Source: Wallemia ichthyophaga EXF-994
Taxonomy: Eukaryota > Fungi > Basidiomycota
Reading direction: 5' to 3'
DNA length: 32,000 nt
NCBI RefSeq assembly: GCF_000400465.1
Contig: NW_008806282.1
Location: 120,001 to 152,000 of the forward strand
The translations under genes were made by a program, and so were the position numbers. Shown here in pieces: positions 10,364 to 21,876 of this stretch (positions are counted from its first letter, which is position 1; each line of letters begins with the position of its first letter). The notes under the pieces are model-generated. The model saw only the letters and a program-made list of their open reading frames with translations. It ran no database searches and had not been told where the DNA came from.

Positions 10364-12799
10364 ATGACAATTCCAGACAGATCAATACGCGTATCCGCAG
10401 ACAGAGGTGGTACTTTCACAGATATTATAGCCAGCTTTCCCAAGAACGGAAAGCACGAGGAGATTGTGGTGAAATTGCGTGAGTTTAGTGGTGGAGGTAC
10501 AAAGACTGCACTAACGAGTACTAGTATCGCAGGACCCCAACAACTACGCAGATGCTCCTACTGAGGGTGTGTAGTACTTGATTTGATCCGAGAAGCCCCC
10601 ACTTAACCCACGCAGGCATCCGCAGAGTGATCGAGATAGCCACCGGCGAATCTATTCCACGTGGCCAGAAGGTTCCATCGAAGAAACTCGATAATATCCG
10701 CCTTTCCACCACTGTAGCGACCAATTCACTTCTCGAGAGGAAAGGGGAAGAGCACGCGCTGCTTATCACGAAAGGATTCAAAGATCTTCTTGAGATCGGC
10801 AACCAGTCACGTCCAAAGATATTTGATTTGTCAATTAAGCGCCCATCGACGCTGTATAATGACGTCATCGAGGTAGATGAGCGCGTCACTCTCGTTGGAT
10901 ACACGCAAGATCCAGAAAGTGGAGAGAATGCGGTGCAGTTCGACGCCAAGGGCCGCATTGCCCGTGGCTACAGAGGCAAGGGTTGGGATGGTCAAGGTGA
11001 CGCAGAAGGTCCTGGCGACGTCGTGATGGGTGTGTCGGGCGAGGCTGTGCGTATACTCAAGCGACCTGATCTCGCTGTTGTGCGCCAGGACTTACAGAGG
11101 CTTTACAAGAAAGGTATACGCTCACTCGCTATTGTGTTCGTGCACTCATACACATACCCCAAACACGAACAGGAGGTGGCTGATTTAGCTCGCAGCATCG
11201 GTTTCACGCATGTGTCTGCCTCCTCCCAGCTCCTGTCTATGATTAAAATGGTGCCAAGGGGGGTGAGCGCAACTGCCGACGCATACCTCACCCCGGTCCT
11301 CTCAGACTACATCAACGGCTTCTTCCATGGCTTCGACGACGCTATCGGAGATGGTAGCGGTGCTGACGGGGGGTGCAAGGTAGAGTTCATGGGCAGCGAC
11401 GGCGGGCTGTTAGATTTGAGGAACTTTTCGGGCCTCAAAGCAATCTTGTCAGGACCTGCAGGTGGAGTAGTCGGTTATGCGCTCACTTCCTGGGACGAAA
11501 AGGCTAGAATACCAGTCATCGGTTTGGATATTGGCGGTACCTCAACCGATGTAAGCAGATTCGCTGGCGCTTACGAGACAGTGTACGAGACCACGACAGC
11601 AGGTGTTTCCATCCAGTCACCGCAGCTTGATATAAACACCGTAGCTGTGAGTTTTATAGCTAAATCCTCGCGCATCTAACAAACAAACACAGGCCGGTGG
11701 TGGATCGTGTCTTACTTTTAGAGACGGGCTGTTCCACGTTGGACCACATTCAGCGGGTGCACACCCCGGTCCAGCCTGCTATAAGAAGGGTGGACCGCTG
11801 GCCGTTACTGATGCGAATCTGTTTCTCGGTCGACTTGTTCCATCGCGCTTCCCGCGCGTGTTCGGACCCAACGAAAACGAGCCAATCGATCCATCGGCAT
11901 CTGCGGCGGCATTTGGGGAGCTAGAGAGGCAGATCAAGGCGGAGACCAACGCAGAGCATGATTTGGACGCTATTGTCTATGGATACCTCAAAATAGCTAA
12001 TGAGACAATGGCGAGACCAATACGCACGCTCACGGAAGCTAAGGGCCATGCGACGTGGTCGCACATTCTCGCAGCTTTCGGGGGTGCTGGTGGTCAGTCA
12101 GCTGCTGAGATAGCCCAGATACTAAAAATCTCGCGCGTTGTTATCCACAAATACTCGTCTATTTTATCAGCATTCGGTTTGTCGCTTGCAAATAGGACTT
12201 TCGAGAAACAACTGCCAAGTTCAAAGCTGTGGAATCAAGACAGCAAGCCTGAATTCACGAAGAGGTTGGATGAGTTGGCGGGAGTTGTCAAGCAGGAGTT
12301 GAATTCACAGGGCTTCGATAACGAGAGAATCACTCTGGAAAGATACCTCAATATGCGCTTCGACGGGAGTGACACAACACTCATGATTACGACAGACTCG
12401 GACGAACACTTCCACGAAGCATTCAAGGAACGCTACATCGACGAATTCGGCTTCCTTCTTGAGTCTGATATTATGGTCGACGATGTTAAGGTGAAGGGGA
12501 TTGGTAAGACTTATGATCAGCTCGGAGAATCTGCGCTGAGCGAGTACTCCAATTTGAAGCGCAGGCCACTCACGAAAAAGGACGCTGACAGTACACAACC
12601 ATCCTACTTTGAAATTCAAGGCAAGGGCCAGAGAGTAGAGACGCCGGTGTATGTGTTGGATAACTTGCAAGTTGGAGACACCATCACAGGACCAGCCATC
12701 GTAATCGACAATACGCAGACTATCGTGGTGTTACCAGATTGGATTGCAACATCTACCACTCAATGTTTGTTTCTTGAGTGCGAGAAGCTGAAACAGTAG
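10364..12799 (+). CDS. ATP-dependent 5-oxoprolinase, N-terminal (hydantoinase A/HyuA) half only, 764 aa, 4 exons
   Basis: Exons 10364-10478, 10525-10566, 10616-11646 and 11693-12799 total 2295 nt in frame. Motifs DRGGTFTD, IRLSTTVATNSLLERKG, ILSGPAGGVVGY, DIGGTSTDVSRF, PQLDINTVAAGGGS, AHPGPACY, TDANL, FGGAGGQ, ITGPAIVIDNTQTIVV. Stop follows CEKLKQ. Confidence 0.92.
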
Positions 12800-13069
12800 A
12801 GTGGAGTGCATGTAGAAATTAAAAGGATTAGAAATTCAAATGTATCTACGTTTCGAAATTAGAGTATAATAGTAAAGCAAAAAGGTATCAATTGAGTGGT
12901 GTATTCCATTGATAGATCTAAAAAGGGAATAGAAGGTAAGGGTTAGTAGAAATGTTAATTTGGGAGAAAATTCAAGTTATCAATCTAGCTGTGATTGTCC
13001 GGTATTAATGCGTCAGTTATTAGTGAAAAGAAGAATTAAAAAAAGTGGAATTCCTGTAAATCATCCAAA

Positions 13070-14864
13070 CTACTCCAAGCTCGCGTTGTAGTACTGATAG
13101 TTGTTCGGCCCAGGCGTGCGAACCGAATCTTCAACGAGGGGCGGAGGCTGGTAAGCGAACTGACCCTCGCCGTTATCAGTATAGTCTTCGCCGAGCCCGA
13201 GCGCCGACATCCTATCAGCAGACGTGGGCGGACAAGTGAAGCCGAAGCTAGCTACAGTTGGTGTCCTAAAGTCGTCCTCGTAGAATGAATGTGTTGAAGA
13301 GGCTGGTATAGTGTCGAAGGAGGGAAGCGATTGGGTTGTGCGTGGGACGGTGTAATCGAATTCCAAGTTAGACGACTGAGTGTGCTGAATGGGAGCGTAG
13401 GCCATGTCAAAGTGATTAAGGTGACCGATGTGGCCAAAATCGAAAGGAGAAACAGAGCTCATGGTACTGATTGTAGGGAGCGAGCTGCCGTAAATGGTTT
13501 GTGGTTGAGAATACCCAGTGTTGTGTATTTGTTGTTGTTGTTGTTGTTGCTCCTGCTGCTGCTCGAAATAATTCAGCTCCCTGGCAAAAGAATCCTCAGA
13601 ACGGTGTTTGCGCATTGGGCCAGATGAAGGCTCAATAGCTTCTCCAAAAGGTAGCAAGCCGAGATGCTCTGGTGAGCCATATTGGCTGGAGGAAGAGGGG
13701 CGCGACGAGTACTGACTGGCTGAGTCTGAGTTAGTAAGCGAAGACATGTACGAGCAGTCAGACAGAGTGTCTGAGTCTGAAGTCCTTGCGAGGGAACCAC
13801 TATGGGTACTACTATGGAAGCTGCGGTAGGCATCCTTGCCGTCTCTCGAATGTGTGCGGGTATGCACCGCGAGGTTATCAGAGCGGGTAAAAGACTTGAG
13901 ACACACGTCACATCTAAATGGACGCTCTTTGGTATGGGACCGCCTGTGTCTGCGGAGATGTTCATGCCGCTTAAACGCTTTGCCGCATTCGTCACACCGG
14001 AAAGTGCGCTCATCGGGTAGCTCGTTAGTGAGGTGCTCGAGGTGGTTCCAAGGGGGCAGTTTGGAAGGGGTGTCTTTGTGTGCAAGACTGCGCTTCTGTA
14101 AGATCTTTCTCAGAGTCTTTCCCTGCTTGTAGAACTCAGAGCCATTTTTTGTGCCGAGGAGAAAGACGTGAGAGAGGTTGTTGTCGTTGAGCTGTTGGTG
14201 GAGAGAGCAGTCATGGAGCCATTTGAATTTGAAGCTGGGCTCAAAAGTTGCAATTGTAGAGGCCTGTGCGGAAATTAGAAATTGAGGTACGGCGGGAGTA
14301 ATTGAATAGCCAACGCACGGGGTTGCCGGCAGCCTCGCGTTTCAAGTCACGCTCCAAGGCGTCGAGAAAAAGTCTGTCATGCGGCACAGCGTGCCAATTG
14401 AAGAGCTTTTGCTTCTTCTGGGTGCGGATAGCGCCATATCTGAAGAGAAGATCGAGAAGTTCACTGCCATTATCTTGAATGATGCTGTCAATACCAGGTT
14501 TTAAGTTGCGTAGGTCAGAAGAGATGCCCTCGTTGAGTTTTCTGTGGTCACGGATGTGTCTGCCGAGAGAGACAAGTTTAAAGCCGACGATCTTGAATAG
14601 GTCGGATGAGGATATGTAGAGATCGTTTAACCAGCGAATGCAGTGAATGTAATTTGATTCGCTCTCTAGTGGTATTCTGTGTATTAGAGCATGTGGATGG
14701 AGTGGACCTAGATCCAGCTCGTTATTAAACAGAGAAGGAGCCTCAATTAAGAAATTATTTAGAATTTTAATCGAACCAGCGATTTGAACGTCTATTTTAT
14801 CCATGTCTAATGGTTTAACAGGCACCAGGCCAAATTGTGATGATCGTTGAGTTGAAACACCCAT
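13070..14864 (-). CDS. STE12: Ste12-like transcription factor (STE domain + two C2H2 zinc fingers + S/Q-rich tail); start at 14864 or 14804; intron 14318-14264
   Basis: STE domain: EGISSDLRNLKPGID, LFRYGAIRTQKKQKLFNWHAVPHDRLFLDALERDLKRE. Fingers FRCDECGKAFKRHEHLRRHRRSH and FRCDVCLKSFTRSDNLAVHTRTH, translated by hand upstream of the listed ORF; poly-Q tract. Confidence 0.88.
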
Positions 14865-16839
14865 GTCAACGACATCTGAAGTTGATGCCGAGTGCACACT
14901 CCTCGAGCAGAATTTGACTAAAGTGAATAATTTGACTAACTCAATGAGCTCAATGGTGTTTAGTCTAGAGGATAGGATGACTAGACTCGAGGGTGCGGTA
15001 ACTCCGCTGCAATCATCGACCAATGGTTTGGATGTTGTCTGTAGGAGTGAGTGTAGGATTGTGTGTTCGAATCTCTCCTAATTCATTTGATACATAGACA
15101 TTCAATCCTCACTCAACGCCATTGATAGCGATCAAAGACTATCAACGATCACCAGCGATGACGAACAAGCAATTATCGCAGGTGCTGATTCAAATGATAT
15201 TAGACCTTACTTGAAATTAGTTTGTTCGCTATGCAATCAACTTAAACACCTAAAACACTCCCAATGGTCTTCTTCTAAGAATGCTGCCACCGATCTCAAG
15301 AACCATGTTCAATCAGGTACACAATCCCTATTAAGGGTGTTTCAGGGCTGGGTTAGAGACGTAAGCATCCCAATTGATGCCGATAGCTGGAATCTCTTGG
15401 ATTTCCCGGGTATACCTCAACACGCCGTCGCGAGGTTAAGTGCCTTTATTGATGCTGTTTATCCTATACTAGACCAACTAGATGACTCTGCGTATACTCA
15501 TCCTTCTATCATTTACTCCTCTGAACGCGCACGCTACTTAAACATTTCTCTCCAGCCAATCTACAAAAAGTCTCAATTTTCACTTGATGCTCATTCTAAA
15601 TCTGGTCCACTTGGTACTCCTTTATATCTAAAAGGTTCTCAATCTCTTTCATCCCTCATAAAGACTGCAATAGCAATGGCTGACGTCGAGTGGCTCTCTG
15701 TCGTTGCTTTGTTTGGCAGGTGTGTTGATGATACAGGCGATAAGAAGGAAACAAATCCCTCAGATTACTCATCTCACTCAATCCATTCCCCCTTTACCTC
15801 TGCAATTGCACCAGCTGCCACTCTCATCCACTCCGCTACTTCAAACATATTCTCTCTTGCACGTTCAACCCCTCTCAAACACATTTTCCCTGTCTTAGAT
15901 GTTATTGAAGGTGTTACTCCACTCGCTGAGCCCTGGGACAAAGCCGTCACTGCGAGATGCACTCAGCCATCCACCAACCAAGTCGCCGCTTTGGTTGAGG
16001 AGTGTCGCTCAATCGCCCTGCACAGCTTTTCCGATGTTATCAAGCGCGTGCGCTTGCATAACGAAGAGAAACACATGACGGATGTGTCAGTAGTGACGAA
16101 TGATACCATTGCATATCTCAAAGAAATACCCGCATATTCCAACACTATGGAGCAGCTCCTGAGGCGTGTGGAGTGGGGGGGAAGGAGTGAACAACGCGCA
16201 CCACGCGCCAACCTCCTCGAGAATTACCTCCGTGATGTACTCACTAATCTGATAACCACACTCACGCACCTCAAACCAAATGCCTACACTACCATTTACA
16301 CGCTCAACAATCTCTCAGTGCTGCGACGCGAGCTGATAGAAGCTTGCGAGCCGGTATCACTCGACCCTAGCAAAGCCGACTCCCCCTCAAACCGCGACAT
16401 AGGAGATCTTTTAGGTGAAGCAGCTGAAGATGCACTCAACGACGCTTTGCGGACGTGGCGCATGGCGTATCTCGACGCAGTGTGGAAACCGTCCCAGGTG
16501 GCGCTGACGTCGGATGAGCTGAGCACCACAAATCAAGGGCCACACGTCCCCACGGCATTAGGGGGGAGTGCCGAACGTAAACAGCTCATCAAGGATAAGT
16601 TCAGCAGATTTAACGAGGCATTTAGCCATCTCGAAAGCTTGCATACCAAGCACCCCGTCGCCAAACGCGACAAAACGCTGCTTGGCAGACTAGGCAAGGA
16701 GTGCAAAGCTATGCTCCTACCTCCATACGCTACGCTCTGGGGTAAAAACCAGTCGGGGGACTTTGCCAAGACACCGTCAAAGTATATGCGCATCACACCT
16801 GATCAGCTCGAGGCGCGTATTGATGGGTTGTTTGTGTAG
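14863..16839 (+). CDS. EXO70: Exocyst subunit Exo70; intron 15047-15097
   Basis: N-terminal coiled coil LLEQNLTKVNNLTNSMSSMVFSLEDRMTRLEGAVTPLQ..NIQSSLNAID; C-terminus IYTLNNLSVLRREL, KDKFSRFNEAF, DFAKTPSKYMRITPDQLE; exons splice in frame. Confidence 0.88.
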
Positions 16840-16997
16840 ATGGCTTGTCTATTTAGTGTGCGAATTGGCGTGTACATTGCGTCTTTATATTTGTTTTACT
16901 TTTTACTTTTGTGTGCGCGTGTGTGCATGTGTGCATTTGCGTCACTTGATTAGCAACTTCAATCACCAAACAAAATACACCAGTCAAAAACCAGAAG

Positions 16998-19900
16998 ATG
17001 GGAGTACCAGGATTATGGGATGTGAGTGGCAGAATGGCGTGAATGTACCGCTCAATTGGCTCCAGCTCCTCCGCCCAGCCGCGTGCTCCCACTCGCTATC
17101 GCGGATGTCTGTCGATGCGTTTGTAGCAAACAACCGTGGACACCGGGGACTGCGCGTAGGCGTAGATGCCTCAATCTGGCTTATACACTCACAAACAGCG
17201 CCTGGCGGTCTAAATCCAGCACTCCGCACGCTTTTCTTCAAACTGAGCAAGCTGATGACGCTGCCGATACTCCCTCTATTCGTGTTCGATGGGCCAGGCA
17301 GGGTGGGTTATGAGAGTGCGCAGTAGACCGCCTTTTTAATGCACTACCCACAGCCCAAAATGAAACGCGGTAAACAGGTACGCGGGAGACAGCCCCGCGG
17401 ACTTAAAGACTTTATTAAGCTTATCGACGCTTTCGGCTTTGAGCATCACCAGGCGCCCGGTGAAGCAGAGGCTGAGCTAGCCCATCTGTCCAAGATGGCC
17501 ACCATCGACGTCATCCTCTCTGATGATGTCGATAGCCTGCTTTTCGGCGGTGTCAAGATTCTGCGCAATTGGTCCCTCACTCTGTCGGGGAACAGCAGTC
17601 GATCTCAGCTGCAACTGCAGGCAGATGGACAAACCCGCACCCATGATTCACTTGCTGCCGACGATCACCGCGTCGAGACCTACACACTTTCCGACGTGCA
17701 CAGTCATCCCTCCACCGCCGTCACGCCTGCTGGGCTTATTCTCGTTGCGCTACTTGCAGGCGGCGACTACCACCCAGTGAGCGGGAAATATTTCTCTCAT
17801 TGCACTGTCTCACTTCAATGCAGGCCGGAGTGCAGAACTGCGGGACCAAAAACGCTTTCGGCTTGGCGCGAGCAGGTTTCGGGGAGAAGCTGATGGAGGG
17901 TGTGAGCTTGACACCGCCATCTGAGCTACCTTCCTTTTTGGATGCGTGGCGGGCTGAAATGCGCGAGGAGCTCACTCACAACACCTCCGGTCACCTCAGC
18001 AGCAAACGTCCAGCAGTAGCTGCAGCGCTAACGCCATCTTTCCCCGACATGGAGGTTCTCGCACGCTACACGCACCCACTAACGACGGCGTCGACCGAGT
18101 GCGACGCTGTTTACCGCGCCTCACTCGCCGCAGTCCGTTTCGCGAAAGAGCCCGATATCGCAGCCCTAGCCCGTTTCTGTGAGGAATACTTCGAGTGGGG
18201 TGAACGCTCGCGGATCGTTGCCAAATTCCGCAGCAGCGTCTGGGACGGGGTGTATGTGCGTGCGCTGCGCGCTGCCACTTGCGCTCTGGATAGTGGGGAA
18301 TGTGGGGAATTCAACGAGGAGGCCAAATCTCATCTCGTCCGCATACACCAAACTCGCAACAAAAGCAACGCAGAAAGGTACGTCGAGTACCGCATTTCAG
18401 TCGATCCCGCACCTTACGTTCGCATCGTGGAGATGGCACTTACTGGTGACATGCGCGCTTTGAGAGAGGCTCGTAAACGCAACGACCCTGCTCTGCGCGA
18501 TCTGCGCAACGCCTTGCCAGATGAGAACGGTGGTAACAGCCTTGGCACGGATGTCTCCTCGTCTAATTTGGATCTGACAGCGGATCCTACCCCATCTCAA
18601 ACTCAAACTCAAACTCCATCGCAGTCGCTGAATACACAAAAATCTAAACCACCTACTGACCAACACGCCCCGCTGAGAATGTGGGTGCCGTCGCAGATTC
18701 TCCGCGCCGCTTTGCGCAATGAGACGGATGCTTTCGATAGCGGACGTGGTGTTCATTCCAGTGGTAGCGAAAGAGTGGCGACAGTAGCCCCGAGCCGCAT
18801 CCCACACCCTGCATCTGCTTTAGTACGCGAGAAGACCATTGTGGATGAGCAAGATAAGCAAGATGAGCAAGGAGATGGTAATGGTGGCGGTGATAATAGT
18901 GACATTACTACTCGATATAGAAGTGTCAGAGGTAGTAGAGGTGGGAGAGGTAGAGGTGGTGGTAGGCGCAGACGCGCTACTGCCAACGACTTCACCACAA
19001 ACACGCACAACACCCTCACTCGTCACGCTACCATAGAAGACCAGCCTGATTACACTCAAGCTAACAACTTTGATTTCGTCGATTTCACCGACTCGAATAA
19101 CCCCATCGTCCTGCCTTCTCCACCCAAGGTGAGTCGTAAGAGGGCGACAAAGGGCGGTGTAAATGTGGCGAGTACGGAAGGTTACGTAGGCAACCGCGCA
19201 AGCACTCAACGCACCCAGCAAACTCAACACACTCAACGCACTCCACGCAAAACCAGCGGTAGTAAGCGCCACGTCGATAGTACGTCGACTGACAATCTCG
19301 GTGAGCGTTTGAAGCGGATTGGTGCGGTGGGAGAGGGTGCACAAGACACTGCAGCGCCTGAAGATTTAAATGCCAGGGAGGAATTAAGAGATTCTGAAGA
19401 CGCAGCATACTCAGGATACTCAGGATATTCAGGTCATCCTCAACATCATCGACACTCTCCGCCCAGCTGCAGCAAAACTCCATCAAAACCCAAACAATAT
19501 AGCCTCGCCAGCCCTCTGGATGCATCGCTCAGTCCACCGTCGCCTTCGGCGTTGTTTGGTTTGGGTGGAATGGGTGGAAATGAGAAGGAGAAGGGGGAAT
19601 TTGGGGAATATGCTCTGAGGCATAGGCATAAACCTAAAAACAAAAACAAGGAACCGATACAGATTGACGATTCACCCGTAAACACAAACAACACCCAGGA
19701 CCTAGATGGAGAAAGAGCGAAAACGACCCGTACACACGCAAGCCACTCACCTATCAACATTTCGAGCGACGAAAGCTCAACGCCGCGGGGGAAGAGTACG
19801 AGCGTGGTGAAGGGGAGTAAGAGTAGGAGTAAAAAGAGAGATTCACTGTCGCCGTCGTTGCGGCGTAGGAGTGAGGGCAGCAAAAGAAAGAACAAGACAC

Positions 19901-20004
19901 TTACGGGTGTGTTCGCCGGGCGTAAGCCTGTGCATACGCCTGCATCTACGTCTGCCCACAAGCAGTTAAACAGCAAGACAAACGACGTTATAGATCTGAC
20001 GTAG
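16998..20004 (+). CDS. YEN1: GEN1/Yen1-like XPG-family Holliday junction resolvase with long disordered C-terminal tail, 4 exons
   Basis: MGVPGLWD|LLRP, RVGVDASIW, LRTLFFKL, LFVFDGPGR|PKMKRGK, APGEAEAELA, ILSDDVDSLLFG, LVALLAGGDYHP|AGVQNCG; low-complexity tail. Confidence 0.88.
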
Positions 20005-20103
20005 AGATGATGATGTAATAATACAACACAAATGGAATTTGAGTTTAATTGAGTTAATGTACAATAGACCACTATGCAAAAAGTAATTGAAAATATAGTC
20101 CAA

Positions 20104-21846
20104 CTACCAAAAGTTTTCACTGCGTGCTTCAACACTATACTCACCTCTTTCGCATCTCTTCCTCCGCTCAAGCAACCAAGCGTCGAACCAATTTTTCATT
20201 CGCAGGCGACTCGCCGGCTTTGCATTGTTGACAGTGGCGATGATGCGCGTGTGGTCAATGGAGAGAGCGAAGCAAGTGAGTTCCGTGAAAGATGAATGTT
20301 CCGAGTAAGGTACGCCATAGCAGCTAACGTAATCGTTAGAGCCGCGTGTGCTGTGAATGTGTTTGTGCGTGTACGTGTCCCACCTGCTGAGGTCTTGTTT
20401 AAGGAGGAGGTCGATGGACGGCGACTTGCTATCACTTGCCGACCCACTCCCACTACTGCTTTCGCTCTTGCCGCCCCTTCCGCCCCCGCTGTACGTCCAG
20501 CCGGTCGGCTTAATGCCGATTACGCGCGAAAAGCGCCCGTTGAATCTGGATATGTAGTCGGGAAGCGCGGCAATAGTTACCCCACCCAGACCCTGAATGT
20601 GCACTTGAGCAGCGTAAGGGTCGGAAGTGAGGAGAGCATCGAGGTCGCTGTCGCGCTCGTTGCGCAGAAGCGCTTGTCGCCGCTTATCGGCGTATACTTT
20701 GGAATTGAGGGCATGAGCAATCGCCTTTACTATCCGCTCCTTGCCGATGGAATAGGTGCCGACCACAACGAGGACATCGTTGGGGAGAGTATGTGGGTGA
20801 ATATTTTCATTTTCACTTTTATTTTCACCACTGGATGGTTTTTCATCTGTCACGTACTCACCATGCTCATCTTGCTCAGGAGCACCACTCAGCTTCTTCC
20901 AGCCACCCTTGATCATGTCGAGCATTGAGCTGTTTGGCTGCATCAGGCTATTCACTCGCATCTCACCCCGTAAATTCGCGAGGACGAGGTCGCGGCAGGC
21001 ATCAATAACGAGTGGCTGTGGAGGGAAGGAGTAGGTGGGATTGAGGTAGGTGGTGTCTAAGTAGATAATGTCGAATTTTGACCGAGCGATGGCGGGATGG
21101 CGTATGTGTCTGGGACTGGCCCTGAAATCGCCGCAATGGAGGTATTTGAAAGAGCGGCTGCTGCCGATCCACGGGGAAGTGAAAGTGGATGGCGCAGCAT
21201 CGACTGTCTGCCTACCCTCGAAGACAATAATGCAAGAACCGGGGCAGTGGTTTGCGTCGATAAGGGTCGCGGTGACGCCATTCGTGCCTGGGATGGTGTG
21301 TGCAGTGTTGAGTGAGAGCGGGCGGAGGTACTCTCGCTTGACGCTTGTTATGTGGTGGACGAGCTCGGCCGTAATCTCGGAGCAGTATATCGGACCACCA
21401 CTCCAGTTCTTGGATAGTGACTGATAATGGTCGCTGTGGGCGTGTGTGAGGAAGTAGGCTGTGATATTGGGGATGGACGAGTACGCGAACGCGTCAACGG
21501 CGATGGGCATTCCTTGGAGTATCTTGTAGAAAGGAGGTTGGCGCGGTTGGCGTGGCTGTGATTGTGCGTCTGCCTCCGCATCTGCCTTCTCTTCGGGGTT
21601 ATTGGATGACATGAGCACGTTGAATGCAGATATCTTTTTCTTCTTCGCGGGTGGCGGGGGAGGAGTGGGCGAGGGGGATAATCGCTTGTCTTGTACTTGG
21701 TTGTTCTCTAGCTGCTTATCAGCCACAGCCACAGCATCATAGCCACCATCCAGGCATCGGTTCACGTGGTGATTTGCAGCTGGTTGATCGTGATTGGACA
21801 AATCTAGATTGCAAACCGGGCAAAATGGGCAAACCGGGAGATCCAT
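20104..21846 (-). CDS. PSO2: DNA cross-link repair nuclease Pso2/SNM1 (MBL + beta-CASP) with N-terminal UBZ-type zinc finger, intronless
   Basis: CPVC...HVNRCLD; IAVDAF; FLTHAHSDHY (HxHxDH); DANHCPGS; LHCGDFR; LDTTYLNP; GTYSIGKE; GIKPTGW; VPYSEHSSFTEL. Confidence 0.92.
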   Translation of the reverse strand: MDLPVCPFCPVCNLDLSNHDQPAANHHVNRCLDGGYDAVAVADKQLENNQVQDKRLSPSPTPPPPPAKKKKISAFNVLMSSNNPEEKADAEADAQSQPRQPRQPPFYKILQGMPIAVDAFAYSSIPNITAYFLTHAHSDHYQSLSKNWSGGPIYCSEITAELVHHITSVKREYLRPLSLNTAHTIPGTNGVTATLIDANHCPGSCIIVFEGRQTVDAAPSTFTSPWIGSSRSFKYLHCGDFRASPRHIRHPAIARSKFDIIYLDTTYLNPTYSFPPQPLVIDACRDLVLANLRGEMRVNSLMQPNSSMLDMIKGGWKKLSGAPEQDEHGEYVTDEKPSSGENKSENENIHPHTLPNDVLVVVGTYSIGKERIVKAIAHALNSKVYADKRRQALLRNERDSDLDALLTSDPYAAQVHIQGLGGVTIAALPDYISRFNGRFSRVIGIKPTGWTYSGGGRGGKSESSSGSGSASDSKSPSIDLLLKQDLSRWDTYTHKHIHSTRGSNDYVSCYGVPYSEHSSFTELTCFALSIDHTRIIATVNNAKPASRLRMKNWFDAWLLERRKRCERGEYSVEARSENFW

Positions 21847-21876
21847 CGGGTGCAATCTTCTTACCAACCGACGGTG

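Noticed and set aside
12800-13069. Possible further oxoprolinase exons encoding the B domain
   Set aside because: AT-rich, 270 bp, no ORF or HyuB motif, and bounded by the convergent STE12 stop.
14865-15023. Extension of the STE12 reading frame upstream to 15023
   Set aside because: It is antisense to EXO70 exon 1, begins at a non-ATG start and has no STE12-like features; most likely a shadow ORF.
15064-15080. GTTCGAATC resembling a tRNA T-loop inside the EXO70 intron
   Set aside because: The flanking bases (gtgtg/ctctc) do not form a T-stem, there is no D-arm or acceptor stem, and the intron is only 51 nt.
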